DNA from: Bacteroidales bacterium
Lineage (GTDB): Bacteria > Bacteroidota > Bacteroidia > Bacteroidales > UBA3663
Direction: 5' to 3'
Length of the DNA: 64,000 nt
Assembly (NCBI GenBank): GCA_017548545.1
Contig: JAFYZW010000010.1
Coordinates: forward strand, 13,168-77,167
Shown: positions 1-9,400 of the stretch, piece by piece
How the letters are laid out: every line of letters begins with the position of its first letter
Position numbering within the stretch: position 1 is the stretch's first letter
Made by a program: the position numbers and the translations under genes
Notes under the pieces: model-generated
The model's database searches: none
The model's input: only the letters and a program-made list of their open reading frames with translations
What the model was told of the DNA's origin: nothing

Positions 1-434
1 GCCTTTGTGCCTCCTGGGAACTCAGGCTCCTGCTCTACCACGGTGAAGATCTGATTGGCATCAGCTTCTTCCTCCTCAGCGGGACCGGACTCTACAACCT
101 GCTGAATAACCTCAACGGTTGCGTTGTCGTCCTCGGCGCTCTGCATCTCGATTTCGGCAACTTCAACGTCGTCTTCAACGACGGTGAGTTCCTCAATCAC
201 GTCTGGCATCGGCGGCGGCGGTGGCGGTGGCGGAGTATTGTTCTGTACTGTCATTACAATCTCTTCTTCATCCTCAATCACATCATTGCCAAATCCGAGA
301 CTCTTGGTCTGATGAGTGACGTTGGTCCACTCGAAAGCGATGAAGAGGATTGCAAGAATTCCTGCGAGACCTGTGAGCCAATAGGTGGTTTTTCTAGGCT
401 CAAGATCAACTTGGGGGTCTTTCTTGATTTCCAT
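1..434 (-). CDS. tonB: energy transducer TonB (5' part; gene runs off the left edge of the window)
   Basis: Manual minus-strand translation from the ATG at 432-434 gives MEIKKDPQVDLEPRKTTYWLTGLAGILAILFIAFEW (membrane anchor), a PPPPPPPP spacer, an acidic region, then FTVVEQEPEFPGG, the typical start of the TonB C-terminal domain. It is absent from the ORF track because no stop codon lies in the window. Confidence 0.75.
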   Translation of the reverse strand, partial: MEIKKDPQVDLEPRKTTYWLTGLAGILAILFIAFEWTNVTHQTKSLGFGNDVIEDEEEIVMTVQNNTPPPPPPPPMPDVIEELTVVEDDVEVAEIEMQSAEDDNATVEVIQQVVESGPAEEEEADANQIFTVVEQEPEFPGGTK

Positions 435-558
435 AAAAATGAATTTAATTGGTTAAAAACTCGTCACAAAAATAGTCTTTTTTTAGATACAAACCAAAAA
501 AAATGACCAAAAAAACGTTTTTTTACTCAAAAAAATTGTATTTTAACGGAAAAAAGGG

Positions 559-566
559 TACTTTTG
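559..566 (+). promoter_or_regulatory. Bacteroidota -7 box (TActTTTG)
   Basis: Matches the TAnnTTTG consensus upstream of the porQ-like gene. Confidence 0.4.
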
Positions 567-671
567 CATACAATTTTTACACAATTTCCGTTTTAAAGGG
601 GAAAAATCTTCCGTAACTTAAAACAGACAATTGTGATTTTGACAGACAATAAGAAACAGCAATCTACGTCG

Positions 672-1682
672 ATGATTGGTACATATATGAGAGCAGTACT
701 GCTGTCTCGTCGTCTCGTTCTTGGGGTGACGTTTCTCCTTGTATATGTTACAGCTTTCTCGCAGGATATCACAGGTTATGGATATCTCGAACTTCCTGTG
801 TCGGCGCGTGTTCTTGCTTTGGGAGGGACAAACATCAGCGTGGTGGAGCCAGAGATGTCGCTGGCGGAACAGAACCCTTCGTTACTTTGTCCCGAAATGG
901 CTGGACAGGCTGCTGTCAGCTATACGCGTTACATGGGTGATGTCAATTTGGGCTATGCTGCATACGCTGGACGGTTCCTTGAAGTGGGCGGCTGGTCGGT
1001 CGGAATGCGTTTCATCGACTATGGCGACTTCAGCGGATATGACGAACAGGGTTTTTCGACTGGAAGCTTTGGCGTGAAGGACATGAGTCTGCAGGGTGCC
1101 ATCGGCTATCCCGTCAACGATAGGCTTCGAATCGGTGCGCAGGCGAAGTTCCTTTATACCAGTTACGAAAGCTATTCTGCCTTTGCCATGGGTGTTGATC
1201 TCGGGTTGAACTATTACAATGAAGCAACGGGCAATTCCATTTCTCTGACAGCCACCAACCTGGGTGGACAGTTCAAGGCACTTTACGAGGAACGGAAGGA
1301 GGACCTGCCCATGCAACTCAACCTGGGTTGGAGCAGCGAGCTCCAGCATCTTCCGCTATGTGTCTCCGTCACGGCCTATCATCTGCTCGATTGGGATCAT
1401 GACTATGTGGATGGCAGTGGCTTCAAGCATTCGTTCAAGGACTCCGAAATGGTGCTTAATCATCTCATCTTCGGCGTCGAATGGACGGCCTATGATCATT
1501 TCTGGCTCGCGGCCTCGTACAACTACCGCAATCAGCGACGTTTCTCCGGACAAGGAGGATTCTTGCGTGGCGTAGGCATGGGGACAGGGTTCAACTACCG
1601 ACAACTGTCATTCATAATGGCATATGCTTCAGCACATGCTGGAGACGGAACATTGATGTTTCAATTCAATTACAGATTCTGA
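672..1682 (+). CDS. porQ: type IX secretion system outer-membrane protein, PorQ-like
   Basis: The track ORF 633..1682 starts at GTG; in-frame ATGs at 672 and 687 are more likely starts. Signal peptide MRAVLLSRRLVLGVTFLLVYVTAFSQ. N-terminal GYLELPVSARVLALGG motif is PorV/PorQ-like, and the C-terminal residue is aromatic (F). The porQ-cmk-ispH order matches my recollection of P. gingivalis PG0602-0604. Confidence 0.6.
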   Translation: MIGTYMRAVLLSRRLVLGVTFLLVYVTAFSQDITGYGYLELPVSARVLALGGTNISVVEPEMSLAEQNPSLLCPEMAGQAAVSYTRYMGDVNLGYAAYAGRFLEVGGWSVGMRFIDYGDFSGYDEQGFSTGSFGVKDMSLQGAIGYPVNDRLRIGAQAKFLYTSYESYSAFAMGVDLGLNYYNEATGNSISLTATNLGGQFKALYEERKEDLPMQLNLGWSSELQHLPLCVSVTAYHLLDWDHDYVDGSGFKHSFKDSEMVLNHLIFGVEWTAYDHFWLAASYNYRNQRRFSGQGGFLRGVGMGTGFNYRQLSFIMAYASAHAGDGTLMFQFNYRF

Positions 1683-1715
1683 TTCTTCTTACACCTTATT
1701 AATATAATAAATACA

Positions 1716-2411
1716 ATGAAAAAGATTACAATTGCCATCGACGGTCATTCGAGCTGCGGAAAGAGCACTATGGCCAAAAGCCTTGCCAAGGCACTAAATT
1801 ATATCTATGTGGATACAGGCGCCATGTATCGTGCCGTGACACTTTATGCGTTGCGTGCTGGCTTGATGGATGCTGAAACCAAGGAGATTGATACGGAACG
1901 TCTGGCATCGCAGATGGACGAGGTGAACATTTCATTTGAGCACGATGAGGCGGGGCGTATGCAGACTGTGCTCAATGGTGAGAACGTCGAGAAGGAGATC
2001 CGTGGAATGACTGTCTCCAATTGTGTGAGCCCTATCGCTGCGTTGTCATTTGTGCGCGAACATCTGGTGGCTTTGCAGCAGAAGATGGGTCTTGAAGGCG
2101 GCATCGTGATGGATGGTCGCGACATCGGTACAGTCGTCTTCCCCAATGCTGATCTCAAGGTCTTCGTGACGGCCAGCCCCGAGGTGCGTGCCCAACGTCG
2201 TTTACTCGAACTGCAGGGTAAGGGAGACACGACAACAACCTTTGCCGAGGTGCTCAAGAATGTCGAGGAACGTGACTATATCGATTCCCATCGCGAGGTG
2301 TCACCCTTGCGTCAGGCCGAGGATGCGGTGCTGCTCGACAATAGCAATTTAACCATACCCCAGCAGGATGAGCTCCTCTTGAAGTGGGCCATGGATTGTA
2401 TCGAAGATTAG
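1716..2411 (+). CDS. cmk: cytidylate kinase
   Basis: 231 aa. P-loop [13 protein letters not shown], plus [10 protein letters not shown] and [11 protein letters not shown] motifs typical of Cmk. Confidence 0.9.
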   Translation: MKKITIAIDGHSSCGKSTMAKSLAKALNYIYVDTGAMYRAVTLYALRAGLMDAETKEIDTERLASQMDEVNISFEHDEAGRMQTVLNGENVEKEIRGMTVSNCVSPIAALSFVREHLVALQQKMGLEGGIVMDGRDIGTVVFPNADLKVFVTASPEVRAQRRLLELQGKGDTTTTFAEVLKNVEERDYIDSHREVSPLRQAEDAVLLDNSNLTIPQQDELLLKWAMDCIED

Positions 2412-2420
2412 TGCAAGGCT

Positions 2421-3296
2421 ATGCAGGTAACTGTTGATGCCCATAGTGGCTTCTGTCCGGGCGTAGTGAGTGCCATTCGTAAGGCCGAAGAGCAGCTCAG
2501 TGATACCGAGACACTCTACTGCTTGGGCGATATCGTCCATAATAGTGAGGAGGTCTCACGGCTGGAACAGTTGGGTCTGCGCACCATCGACCACGAGCAG
2601 CTTGCCAGCCTCCATGATATCCCTGTCCTCATACGTGCACATGGCGAGCCTCCTTCGACCTATCTTGTGGCCACGCAGAACAATATCGAGATCATCGATG
2701 CCACCTGTCCTGTAGTGCTTCAGCTCCAGAAACGCATCAAGCGTGTCTATGAGGATTCGAAGGCGATGTGTCAGGGCATACAGATTGTCATCTATGGCAA
2801 GAAGGGGCATGCCGAAGTCAATGGCCTTGTGGGTCAGACCGAAGGTACAGCCATCGTGATAGAAGGTATGCAGGACCTCGACAAGATTGATTATTCGAGG
2901 CCAGTACGCCTTTTCAGCCAGACCACGATGCCTGTCGATACCTTCCGTGAACTTGCCGCCATCATTTGCCGCAGGATGCATAACCGCGAGGACTTCCAAT
3001 ATCGTGACACCATCTGCCGCCAGGTGGCCAACCGCATTCCGCACTTGCAGGAGTTCTCGCGTCAGCATGATGTGGTGCTCTTTGTCAGTGGGAAGAAGTC
3101 GAGCAACGGCAAGGCGCTTTTCGGCGTGTGCCATGAGGTAAATCCTCGCAGCTACTTCATCAGCCATCCCGAGGAATTCCATCCCGAGATGGTAGAAGGG
3201 GCCCAAACGGTGGGGATTTGTGGCGCGACGTCAACTCCCAAGTGGCAGATGGAGGCACTTGCAAGGACTATACATGATATTTTTTCCAAAAAATAA
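2421..3296 (+). CDS. ispH: 4-hydroxy-3-methylbut-2-enyl diphosphate reductase
   Basis: 291 aa. GFCPGV, DATCP and SSNG motifs carry the three Fe-S cysteine regions of IspH/LytB. Confidence 0.9.
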   Translation: MQVTVDAHSGFCPGVVSAIRKAEEQLSDTETLYCLGDIVHNSEEVSRLEQLGLRTIDHEQLASLHDIPVLIRAHGEPPSTYLVATQNNIEIIDATCPVVLQLQKRIKRVYEDSKAMCQGIQIVIYGKKGHAEVNGLVGQTEGTAIVIEGMQDLDKIDYSRPVRLFSQTTMPVDTFRELAAIICRRMHNREDFQYRDTICRQVANRIPHLQEFSRQHDVVLFVSGKKSSNGKALFGVCHEVNPRSYFISHPEEFHPEMVEGAQTVGICGATSTPKWQMEALARTIHDIFSKK

Positions 3297-3348
3297 ACCT
3301 TAAACACTTTTTCTGCTACAAATATTTGGCCAATTGTTTCAAATGCCT

Positions 3349-3356
3349 TATATTTG
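3349..3356 (+). promoter_or_regulatory. Bacteroidota promoter (-7 TAtaTTTG; -33 TTTG at 3325-3328)
   Basis: TTTG-N20-TAnnTTTG lies 52 nt upstream of the pfkA ATG. Confidence 0.55.
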
Positions 3357-3407
3357 CAGTGTTCAAAGAATCTAATATTTTTATACTGAAATCTAATATT
3401 TACAATT

Positions 3408-4391
3408 ATGGCAGAGATTAAAAGCGTAGGCATCCTTACCAGTGGTGGTGATGCTCCAGGTATGAATGCAGCCATTCGTGCCGTCACACGTGCTGCAATT
3501 TTCAGTGGACTTCGTGTTTTTGGTATCTATCGTGGCTACCAAGGCCTTATCGAAGATAGTATTGAGGAGTTCCAGACACAGAATGTAAGTAATATCATTG
3601 CACGAGGCGGCACAATCCTCAAGACCGCCCGTTCGAAGGACTTCAAGACTCCCGAGGGTCGCAAGATAGCTTACGAGAATCTGCGCAAGCATGGGATTGA
3701 TGCTCTTGTCGTTATCGGAGGTGACGGCTCCATCACTGGTGCTTCCCATCTGGCAAAGGAGTATGACTTCCCCATCGTGGGACTTCCAGGCACCATCGAC
3801 AACGACCTTGCCGGTACAGATGCCACCATCGGTTATGATACGGCGATGAACACCATCATGGAGTGCGTCGATAAGATTCGCGACACGGCCACATCTCATG
3901 CCCGTCTCTTCATCGTCGAGGTCATGGGTCGTGATGCAGGCTTCCTGGCTTTGAATGGCGCTATTGCTACGGGTTGCGAGGATGTCATCATTCCCGAGGA
4001 GAAGACACAGTATGAGCAGCTGAAGGAACTTGTTGCCAACGGTTTCCGCAAGTCGAAGTCGTCAGCCATGGTGCTGGTGACCGAAAGCAAGGATGAGAAT
4101 GGCGGTGCCTTAGGACTTGCCCATAAGATGAAAGAGGAGTTCCCGGAGTACGATGTGCGTTTTACCGTGCTTGGACACCTGCAGCGTGGTGGCAGTCCAA
4201 CCGCTGCCGACCGTATCTTGGCCAGCCGCACGGGCTATGCAGCCATCGAGGCACTGCTCCAAGGTCAGCGCAATGTGCTCATCGGCATCCACAACGACCA
4301 TATCGTCAATATTCCATTCGCCAAGGCTATTCATCAGGAGAAGCCCATCGACCCAGAGCTGCTCACAGTGCTCCGTGTACTGTCCATTTGA
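3408..4391 (+). CDS. pfkA: ATP-dependent 6-phosphofructokinase
   Basis: 327 aa. [32 protein letters not shown] and MGR motifs. Confidence 0.92.
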   Translation: MAEIKSVGILTSGGDAPGMNAAIRAVTRAAIFSGLRVFGIYRGYQGLIEDSIEEFQTQNVSNIIARGGTILKTARSKDFKTPEGRKIAYENLRKHGIDALVVIGGDGSITGASHLAKEYDFPIVGLPGTIDNDLAGTDATIGYDTAMNTIMECVDKIRDTATSHARLFIVEVMGRDAGFLALNGAIATGCEDVIIPEEKTQYEQLKELVANGFRKSKSSAMVLVTESKDENGGALGLAHKMKEEFPEYDVRFTVLGHLQRGGSPTAADRILASRTGYAAIEALLQGQRNVLIGIHNDHIVNIPFAKAIHQEKPIDPELLTVLRVLSI

Positions 4392-4465
4392 TGGCAAAAA
4401 ATCGTTTTCTGGCAGTTTATTGACTGATTTTCAGGTGAAAATTTGGAGAATCGGGACAAATTGTG

Positions 4466-4473
4466 TACATTTG
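4466..4473 (+). promoter_or_regulatory. -7 box TAcaTTTG
   Basis: Lies inside the 5' extension of track ORF 4463, which supports the ATG at 4517 as the true start. Confidence 0.4.
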
Positions 4474-4516
4474 CCCCGATTTTTTCATGTTTTTTATTGT
4501 ATTACATTTCAAACAA

Positions 4517-6070
4517 ATGATTAAACGACTTTCTCTTTTCTTGAGTCTTTTCCTCCCTGTCTGTGTGCTGGCCGACACCGTGCCGGCATTGGTCATCGGA
4601 GAGGATACCAAGGTAGCATTGCAAGACATTGTCAGCGTGAAGCTCGATGCCAGCAACCTCTATGTGCTCAAGACCGACGGTTCCTCTCTCACCCAACCTC
4701 TTGCTACGCTTACTTTCGGTACTACAGAATATGGTATGGGCATTCGTGAACGCTTGTCTGAGAGCGGTGCTTCCGATTTCGTCGTCTATGATCTCGATGG
4801 TCGTCTGATGAAGCAGGGAGTTGCGCATAATACCCGGGAAGTTCTCTCTGGTCTTCAGGCCGGCACCTATCTCATCCGTATGGGTAGCCAGAGCTTTAAG
4901 GTGAAGACTGATGGTATGGTCAATAATGCCCAGACCGATTTCGGTAAGGGAATGAGCACGCCATGGACTTCGCTGGCCCCTGTTGCCGTTTCTCCCGACG
5001 ATGATGACGAGGAGGTGACCGAACCGGCCATGCAGATTGAGCTCCCCGGCCTTGATGCCATGACGACTATCGCCATGCTCGATAGCCTCATGTTTACTAC
5101 CGACCTTTCTTCGCTCATTGTCATTCGGGGTGGGATCTTTACATCCATCACATTGTCTGCTATCGAACAGATATCCTTCCCACAGAGCCAGTCTCATGTC
5201 TCGCTCGCCTACAGCGGCAACAGTGTCGAAGGCGTCAATCCCTTCTATTTCGACGGAGTGTCCATCCAGCTCGATGGCGCTGGAGTGACGGTCAATTCGA
5301 CCTATTTGGCCGATGAAGTGGAGTTTGAGCTTTCGGGTGCCTCTTCCAACGGATACTTCAAGTTCTATGGCGACAAGAAGTTCAAGGTCACGCTTAAGGG
5401 AATCACTTTGTGCAATCCCAACGGTCCCGTCATCAACAGCCAGAGTGGAAAGAAAGGTTCCATCAAGTCGCAGAACGGTTATGTCAATACCCTCAGTGAC
5501 GGCAGCGAGTACAACACCAGTGTCGAGGATCAGAAGGGTTGTATCTTCAGCGAAGGCCAGCTGATCTTCAACGGTAAGGGCACGCTCAACATCATCTCCA
5601 ACTACAAGCATGCCATCGTTTCCGACGATTACGTAAGTTTCGAGAACGGTTCTGTCAATGTGCTTAGCTCAGTAGGTGATGCCGTGCATGCCAAGGACTC
5701 CATTCTTGTCCAGTCGGGCACCATCAGTCTTACCTGTTCGGGTGATGGTCTTGATTGTGACGGCCCCATCACCATTCGCGAGGGAGAGAACGGCATTCCT
5801 GCGCTCTCCATCAATTCCGACGGCGATGGCGCCAAGGGTATCAAGACGGCTATGGACTTCCTGATGACCAACGGTAATGTCGATATCACACTTACAGGCA
5901 ACAAGAAGGTGGCAGATGGCAAGACAACCAACGTGATTGGTGTGAAGGCCGACGGCAATATCACCATCACGGGTGGCACGCTCACCATCGTCAACACCTG
6001 TCCGGGCGGCAAATACCTCAGTGCCGATGGAACTATCACCATTGGCGCGGCTGCTAAGGTCATCTATTGA
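4517..6070 (+). CDS. secreted Cthe_2159-like carbohydrate-binding beta-helix protein with an N-terminal T9SS-CTD-like module
   Basis: Signal peptide MIKRLSLFLSLFLPVCVLA. The C-terminal two thirds carry repeated G-x-I-x-(I/L)-x-GG / DG(L/I) turns (SGTISLTCSGDGLDCDG, GNVDITLTG, GNITITGGTLTIVN) typical of the DUF4353/Cthe_2159 family. Residues ~70-131 resemble a Por_Secre_tail. Confidence 0.55.
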   Translation: MIKRLSLFLSLFLPVCVLADTVPALVIGEDTKVALQDIVSVKLDASNLYVLKTDGSSLTQPLATLTFGTTEYGMGIRERLSESGASDFVVYDLDGRLMKQGVAHNTREVLSGLQAGTYLIRMGSQSFKVKTDGMVNNAQTDFGKGMSTPWTSLAPVAVSPDDDDEEVTEPAMQIELPGLDAMTTIAMLDSLMFTTDLSSLIVIRGGIFTSITLSAIEQISFPQSQSHVSLAYSGNSVEGVNPFYFDGVSIQLDGAGVTVNSTYLADEVEFELSGASSNGYFKFYGDKKFKVTLKGITLCNPNGPVINSQSGKKGSIKSQNGYVNTLSDGSEYNTSVEDQKGCIFSEGQLIFNGKGTLNIISNYKHAIVSDDYVSFENGSVNVLSSVGDAVHAKDSILVQSGTISLTCSGDGLDCDGPITIREGENGIPALSINSDGDGAKGIKTAMDFLMTNGNVDITLTGNKKVADGKTTNVIGVKADGNITITGGTLTIVNTCPGGKYLSADGTITIGAAAKVIY

Positions 6071-6111
6071 TTGCACTATTCAATGATGCATGGGAAATTG
6101 TTCAATGAACT

Positions 6112-6147
6112 GGCGTTTTTCTTCTACGAAACGCCGGTTCTTATTTT
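6112..6147 (+). terminator. stem-loop plus T-rich tail
   Basis: GGCGTTT..AAACGCC hairpin followed by ggttcttatttt, 40 nt after the stop. Confidence 0.4.
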
Positions 6148-6204
6148 AAACGACCACCGCTTTTCAGTGTCTAAAATGCATATCATTTCAGTTGTGAAAC
6201 AAGT

Positions 6205-9200
6205 ATGCTAATAGCTAGAAGCTTTCAGGCAAGTCGTCTGTTGACGATAATCCTGGTATTTATTATGAGCGCTGGATTGGCGCTGGCACAGCCTGGTCGT
6301 GGCCGTGGCATGATGATTAAAGCCGAGGGATCGGTTGTCGATAGTAAGACCAACGAACCCCTTGTGGGTGCGGCAGTCAAGGTTACTTCTGCCGATGGAG
6401 GCACAGGTACTTTTGGCATCTGCGACACTGAAGGTAATTTCTCCTTCGAAGTCAATCGTCCCGGCAAGTACACTTTGGAAGTAACCTACGTGGGCTATAA
6501 GATGCTCACCAAGGACGTGTCGCTCTTCCCAGGACGAGGTGCCAAGATAGGCACTCTCAAGCTGCAGGAGGATCCCAAGCAATTGGCGGAAGTGGAAACC
6601 GTAGGCCGCAATCAGCGCCTCAAGCAGGTGGGTGACACCATCGTTTATAATGCCGATGCCTACAAGGTGGCCGATGGAGCCACCGCCGAGGACCTTGTGG
6701 CCAAGATGCCGGGCATCGAAGTGACCGACACGGGCGTCAAGGCGCAGGGCGAGACCGTCGAAAAGGTGCTCGTCGATGGCAAGTCGTTCTTCGAGAATGA
6801 CCCCAAACTTGCTCTCAGGACACTGCCCGCCGAAGTGGTACAGTCGGTGTCGGTTTTCGACAAACAGTCCGACCAGGCGGAGTTCACTGGTTTTGATGAT
6901 GGCAATACCGTCAAGGCCATGGATCTTGCCACCAAGTCCTATCGCCGCAATGGCATCTTCGGACGTGTCTATGGCGGTCTCGGTTCCAACTTCGACTTCG
7001 ACCAAGGGTATTGGAACACGGGATTCAACCTCAACTTCTTCGAAGCCAATCGCCGTATCTCCCTGTTGGGTATGAGCAATAATGTCAACCAGCAGAACTT
7101 CACTTTCGACGACCTGCAGTCCAGCGGTGGCATGGGAGGTGGCTTCCGTGGTGGTATGGGCAACCGCATGGGCTCGATGGATGGCGTGTCGCGTGCCAAT
7201 GCCATCGGCATGAACTACAGCAACTCCTATCTCGACGACAAGCTCGAGGTGCAGGGCAGCTATTTCTTCAACCAGCTGCGTACTCAACTCAGCGATTCCA
7301 CCTTCGACGACTATATTAACACCGAACGTGCTTCTATCGCTCAGCAGAACCGTGTGTCGCACAACTACAGTCATCGTGCCGACATGCACATCACCTACAG
7401 GCCGAATGACAAGAACCAGCTGATCTTCCGCCCATCCATCAATTTCCAGACCACCGATGCCGATGGCTTCAACACCAACACGACTTGGAAACTGCCACTC
7501 TCCACGGTGATGGACGACTCCTTCCGTCGTTCTGACATCACTCGTATGCAGAGCTCCAGCGATACCCGTTCCATCTCTGACAACTCCAGTTGGAATGTAG
7601 GCGGTTCATTGGTTTGGCGTCATCGGTTCGACAAGCAGGGACGCACCTTGAGTGCTGGCTTCGACGGACAAGTATCGGGCAGCACTACCGATGCCGATTA
7701 CATCAAGCGAATCAATTGGAGCAATCCTTACTACCAGCGTCAGAATGCCGATACCAAGAACTACAATTGGGGCGGCAATGTGCAGTGGACCGAAAATATT
7801 GCCGACAACCAGCAGCTTTCCTTGCGTTATAATCTGAACTTCCAGAAGTCCACGCGCGACAATATGGTGTCGTATTACGACGACGAGGATTTTCATCGCA
7901 TCAAAACCGACACACTCCAGATGGGTTACGATGGAGCCAACACCAGCAAGTACATCCAACGCAACTTACGTCAGGGTGGCGAGATTGCTTGGCGCCTCCA
8001 CACCACTCATTATAATGCCAATGTGGGTGTGAACTTCCAGAACTCGCACCTCGAGGGCGAACAGGACTACTATCTGCAACCCACTCTCAGCATCGACCCC
8101 ACCAAGAAGAACTACTTTAGCGTTTTGCCGAACGTCAGACTGGAATGGCGAAGCGACAACGGCTCGCAGATCGAACTCCGTTATCGTGCTTCTTCGAGCA
8201 ATCCCTCGGTGTCAAATCTCCAGCAGAGCGTCAATACCTCGAACGAACTGAACTACTCGACGGGCAATCCAGACCTCGATCAGAGTATCGGACATAACCT
8301 GAGTCTGCGTTTCATCCATTCCAACATGGAAACGGCCACCAACTTCATGGTCTTCGGCCAATATTCTGCACGACAGGATTACATCGGCAGGCAATATCTC
8401 ACCAACAACTCCAACGAGCGTGTTTCCCTGCAGGAAGCAGGTCGTGATTTCGGCTATGGAGGTGAACAGTTCAATGGATTGAGTCTGGCAGCTGGTGCCA
8501 AGATCAGCCGTCCCGTTAATATGAGTGGCAATCAGTCGGCACGTCTGGGCCTTGTCTATGGCTTCCCCTTCGACTTGATCTACAGCAATGTCAACCTCTC
8601 GCTCGACGGCTCGTTCTCGACCACTCCGTCACAGCAGCTTTATTACGACATCAATTCCTCGACGGGTGTCGGCCACGTCACCGACTTGACCACCAAGGTT
8701 CTGCAGTGGGGGTTTGGTCCTCGTCTGCACGTGTCGAGCAATATATCCACCGATCTCGATTTCACCCTGATGTATCAGCCTTCGTTCCAGTGGGTCAAGG
8801 ATACCGAGAACAAGGCCAATTCATATAACTATGTCACCCATCGCGCCGATGCCCGTTTGAACTGGACCTTCTGGCACGGGTTCACCACCGAGCAGTCGTT
8901 GGGATACGTCTATTACGGAGGTTCGGCGATGACCAGCTCCGAGGACGAGTGGATCTGGAACATGTCTTTTGGAAAGAAGTTCCTCAAGGGCAACAAGGCC
9001 GAGGTGAAACTCCAGGCCTACGATGTGTTGGGCTCTCGCACAGGCTATCGTCAGTCGGTTAGCGACAGCTACATCCGCGCAAGCTACACCAACTTCATGC
9101 CTCGTTATTTCCTGCTCACCTTCACCTACAAACTATCCAGCTACAAGGGAAGTGGTGGCAGCGCTGAACGTCGTGGTGGTCGTGGAGGCTTCGGAGGTCC

Positions 9201-9246
9201 TGGTGGCCCCGGTGGTTTCGGCGGCCCTGGTGGAGGAAGATTCTGA
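6205..9246 (+). CDS. large outer-membrane beta-barrel / TonB-dependent-receptor-like protein with N-terminal carboxypeptidase-regulatory-like domain
   Basis: 1013 aa with a signal peptide. GSVVDSKTNEPLVGAAVKV...GNFSFEV is a CarbopepD_reg-like domain, followed by a plug-like segment (VETVGRN, VDGKSFF). The rest shows alternating beta-strand patterning and ends in F. Confidence 0.7.
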   Translation: MLIARSFQASRLLTIILVFIMSAGLALAQPGRGRGMMIKAEGSVVDSKTNEPLVGAAVKVTSADGGTGTFGICDTEGNFSFEVNRPGKYTLEVTYVGYKMLTKDVSLFPGRGAKIGTLKLQEDPKQLAEVETVGRNQRLKQVGDTIVYNADAYKVADGATAEDLVAKMPGIEVTDTGVKAQGETVEKVLVDGKSFFENDPKLALRTLPAEVVQSVSVFDKQSDQAEFTGFDDGNTVKAMDLATKSYRRNGIFGRVYGGLGSNFDFDQGYWNTGFNLNFFEANRRISLLGMSNNVNQQNFTFDDLQSSGGMGGGFRGGMGNRMGSMDGVSRANAIGMNYSNSYLDDKLEVQGSYFFNQLRTQLSDSTFDDYINTERASIAQQNRVSHNYSHRADMHITYRPNDKNQLIFRPSINFQTTDADGFNTNTTWKLPLSTVMDDSFRRSDITRMQSSSDTRSISDNSSWNVGGSLVWRHRFDKQGRTLSAGFDGQVSGSTTDADYIKRINWSNPYYQRQNADTKNYNWGGNVQWTENIADNQQLSLRYNLNFQKSTRDNMVSYYDDEDFHRIKTDTLQMGYDGANTSKYIQRNLRQGGEIAWRLHTTHYNANVGVNFQNSHLEGEQDYYLQPTLSIDPTKKNYFSVLPNVRLEWRSDNGSQIELRYRASSSNPSVSNLQQSVNTSNELNYSTGNPDLDQSIGHNLSLRFIHSNMETATNFMVFGQYSARQDYIGRQYLTNNSNERVSLQEAGRDFGYGGEQFNGLSLAAGAKISRPVNMSGNQSARLGLVYGFPFDLIYSNVNLSLDGSFSTTPSQQLYYDINSSTGVGHVTDLTTKVLQWGFGPRLHVSSNISTDLDFTLMYQPSFQWVKDTENKANSYNYVTHRADARLNWTFWHGFTTEQSLGYVYYGGSAMTSSEDEWIWNMSFGKKFLKGNKAEVKLQAYDVLGSRTGYRQSVSDSYIRASYTNFMPRYFLLTFTYKLSSYKGSGGSAERRGGRGGFGGPGGPGGFGGPGGGRF

Positions 9247-9331
9247 AAAGCCGGCGTTTATCGCGGACGTTTTGGAATGTCGTCTGAGATTATTTGACAA
9301 AAAATGTGAAATTAATTCGATTGGTAACAAA

Positions 9332-9365
9332 ACCCGGGAAAAAGATTTGTTTTTCTCGGGTTTTT
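9332..9365 (+). terminator. rho-independent-like terminator
   Basis: ACCCGGGAAAAA / TTTTTCTCGGGT hairpin (one G-U pair) followed by TTTTT. Confidence 0.5.
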
Positions 9366-9369
9366 GCAT

Positions 9370-9377
9370 TATCTTTG
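9370..9377 (+). promoter_or_regulatory. -7 box TAtcTTTG
   Basis: Lies 24 nt upstream of the ATG at 9401, which supports the short start for the DUF3737 gene. Confidence 0.5.
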
Positions 9378-9400
9378 CACCCTCAAAAATACTTTATAAT

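Noticed and set aside
124-506. Track ORFs 124..312 and 312..506 (plus)
   Set aside because: They are antisense to a convincing tonB reading frame (minus, 1-434), and their sequences are low-complexity mirror images of the TonB Pro/Glu-rich region.
4502-7389. Long antisense ORFs 4502..5611 (369 aa) and 6208..7389 (393 aa)
   Set aside because: They lie fully inside, and antisense to, well-supported genes and have no recognisable motifs. Shadow ORFs of this kind are typical of GC-rich codon-biased genes. The same reasoning applies to 9467..10396, 14335..15084, 17695..18402, 20592..21323, 33040..34071, 35962..36684, 46070..46909, 48818..49546, 51369..52190, 57841..58608 and 61629..62483.
9023-9400. 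5' extensions of track ORFs (9023..10255, 38935..40341, 45511..46098, 47042.., 49914..53252, 56752..59121, 59122..60732)
   Set aside because: The extensions overlap upstream genes, terminators or promoter boxes. Internal ATGs give canonical N-termini or signal peptides, so the shorter starts were used.
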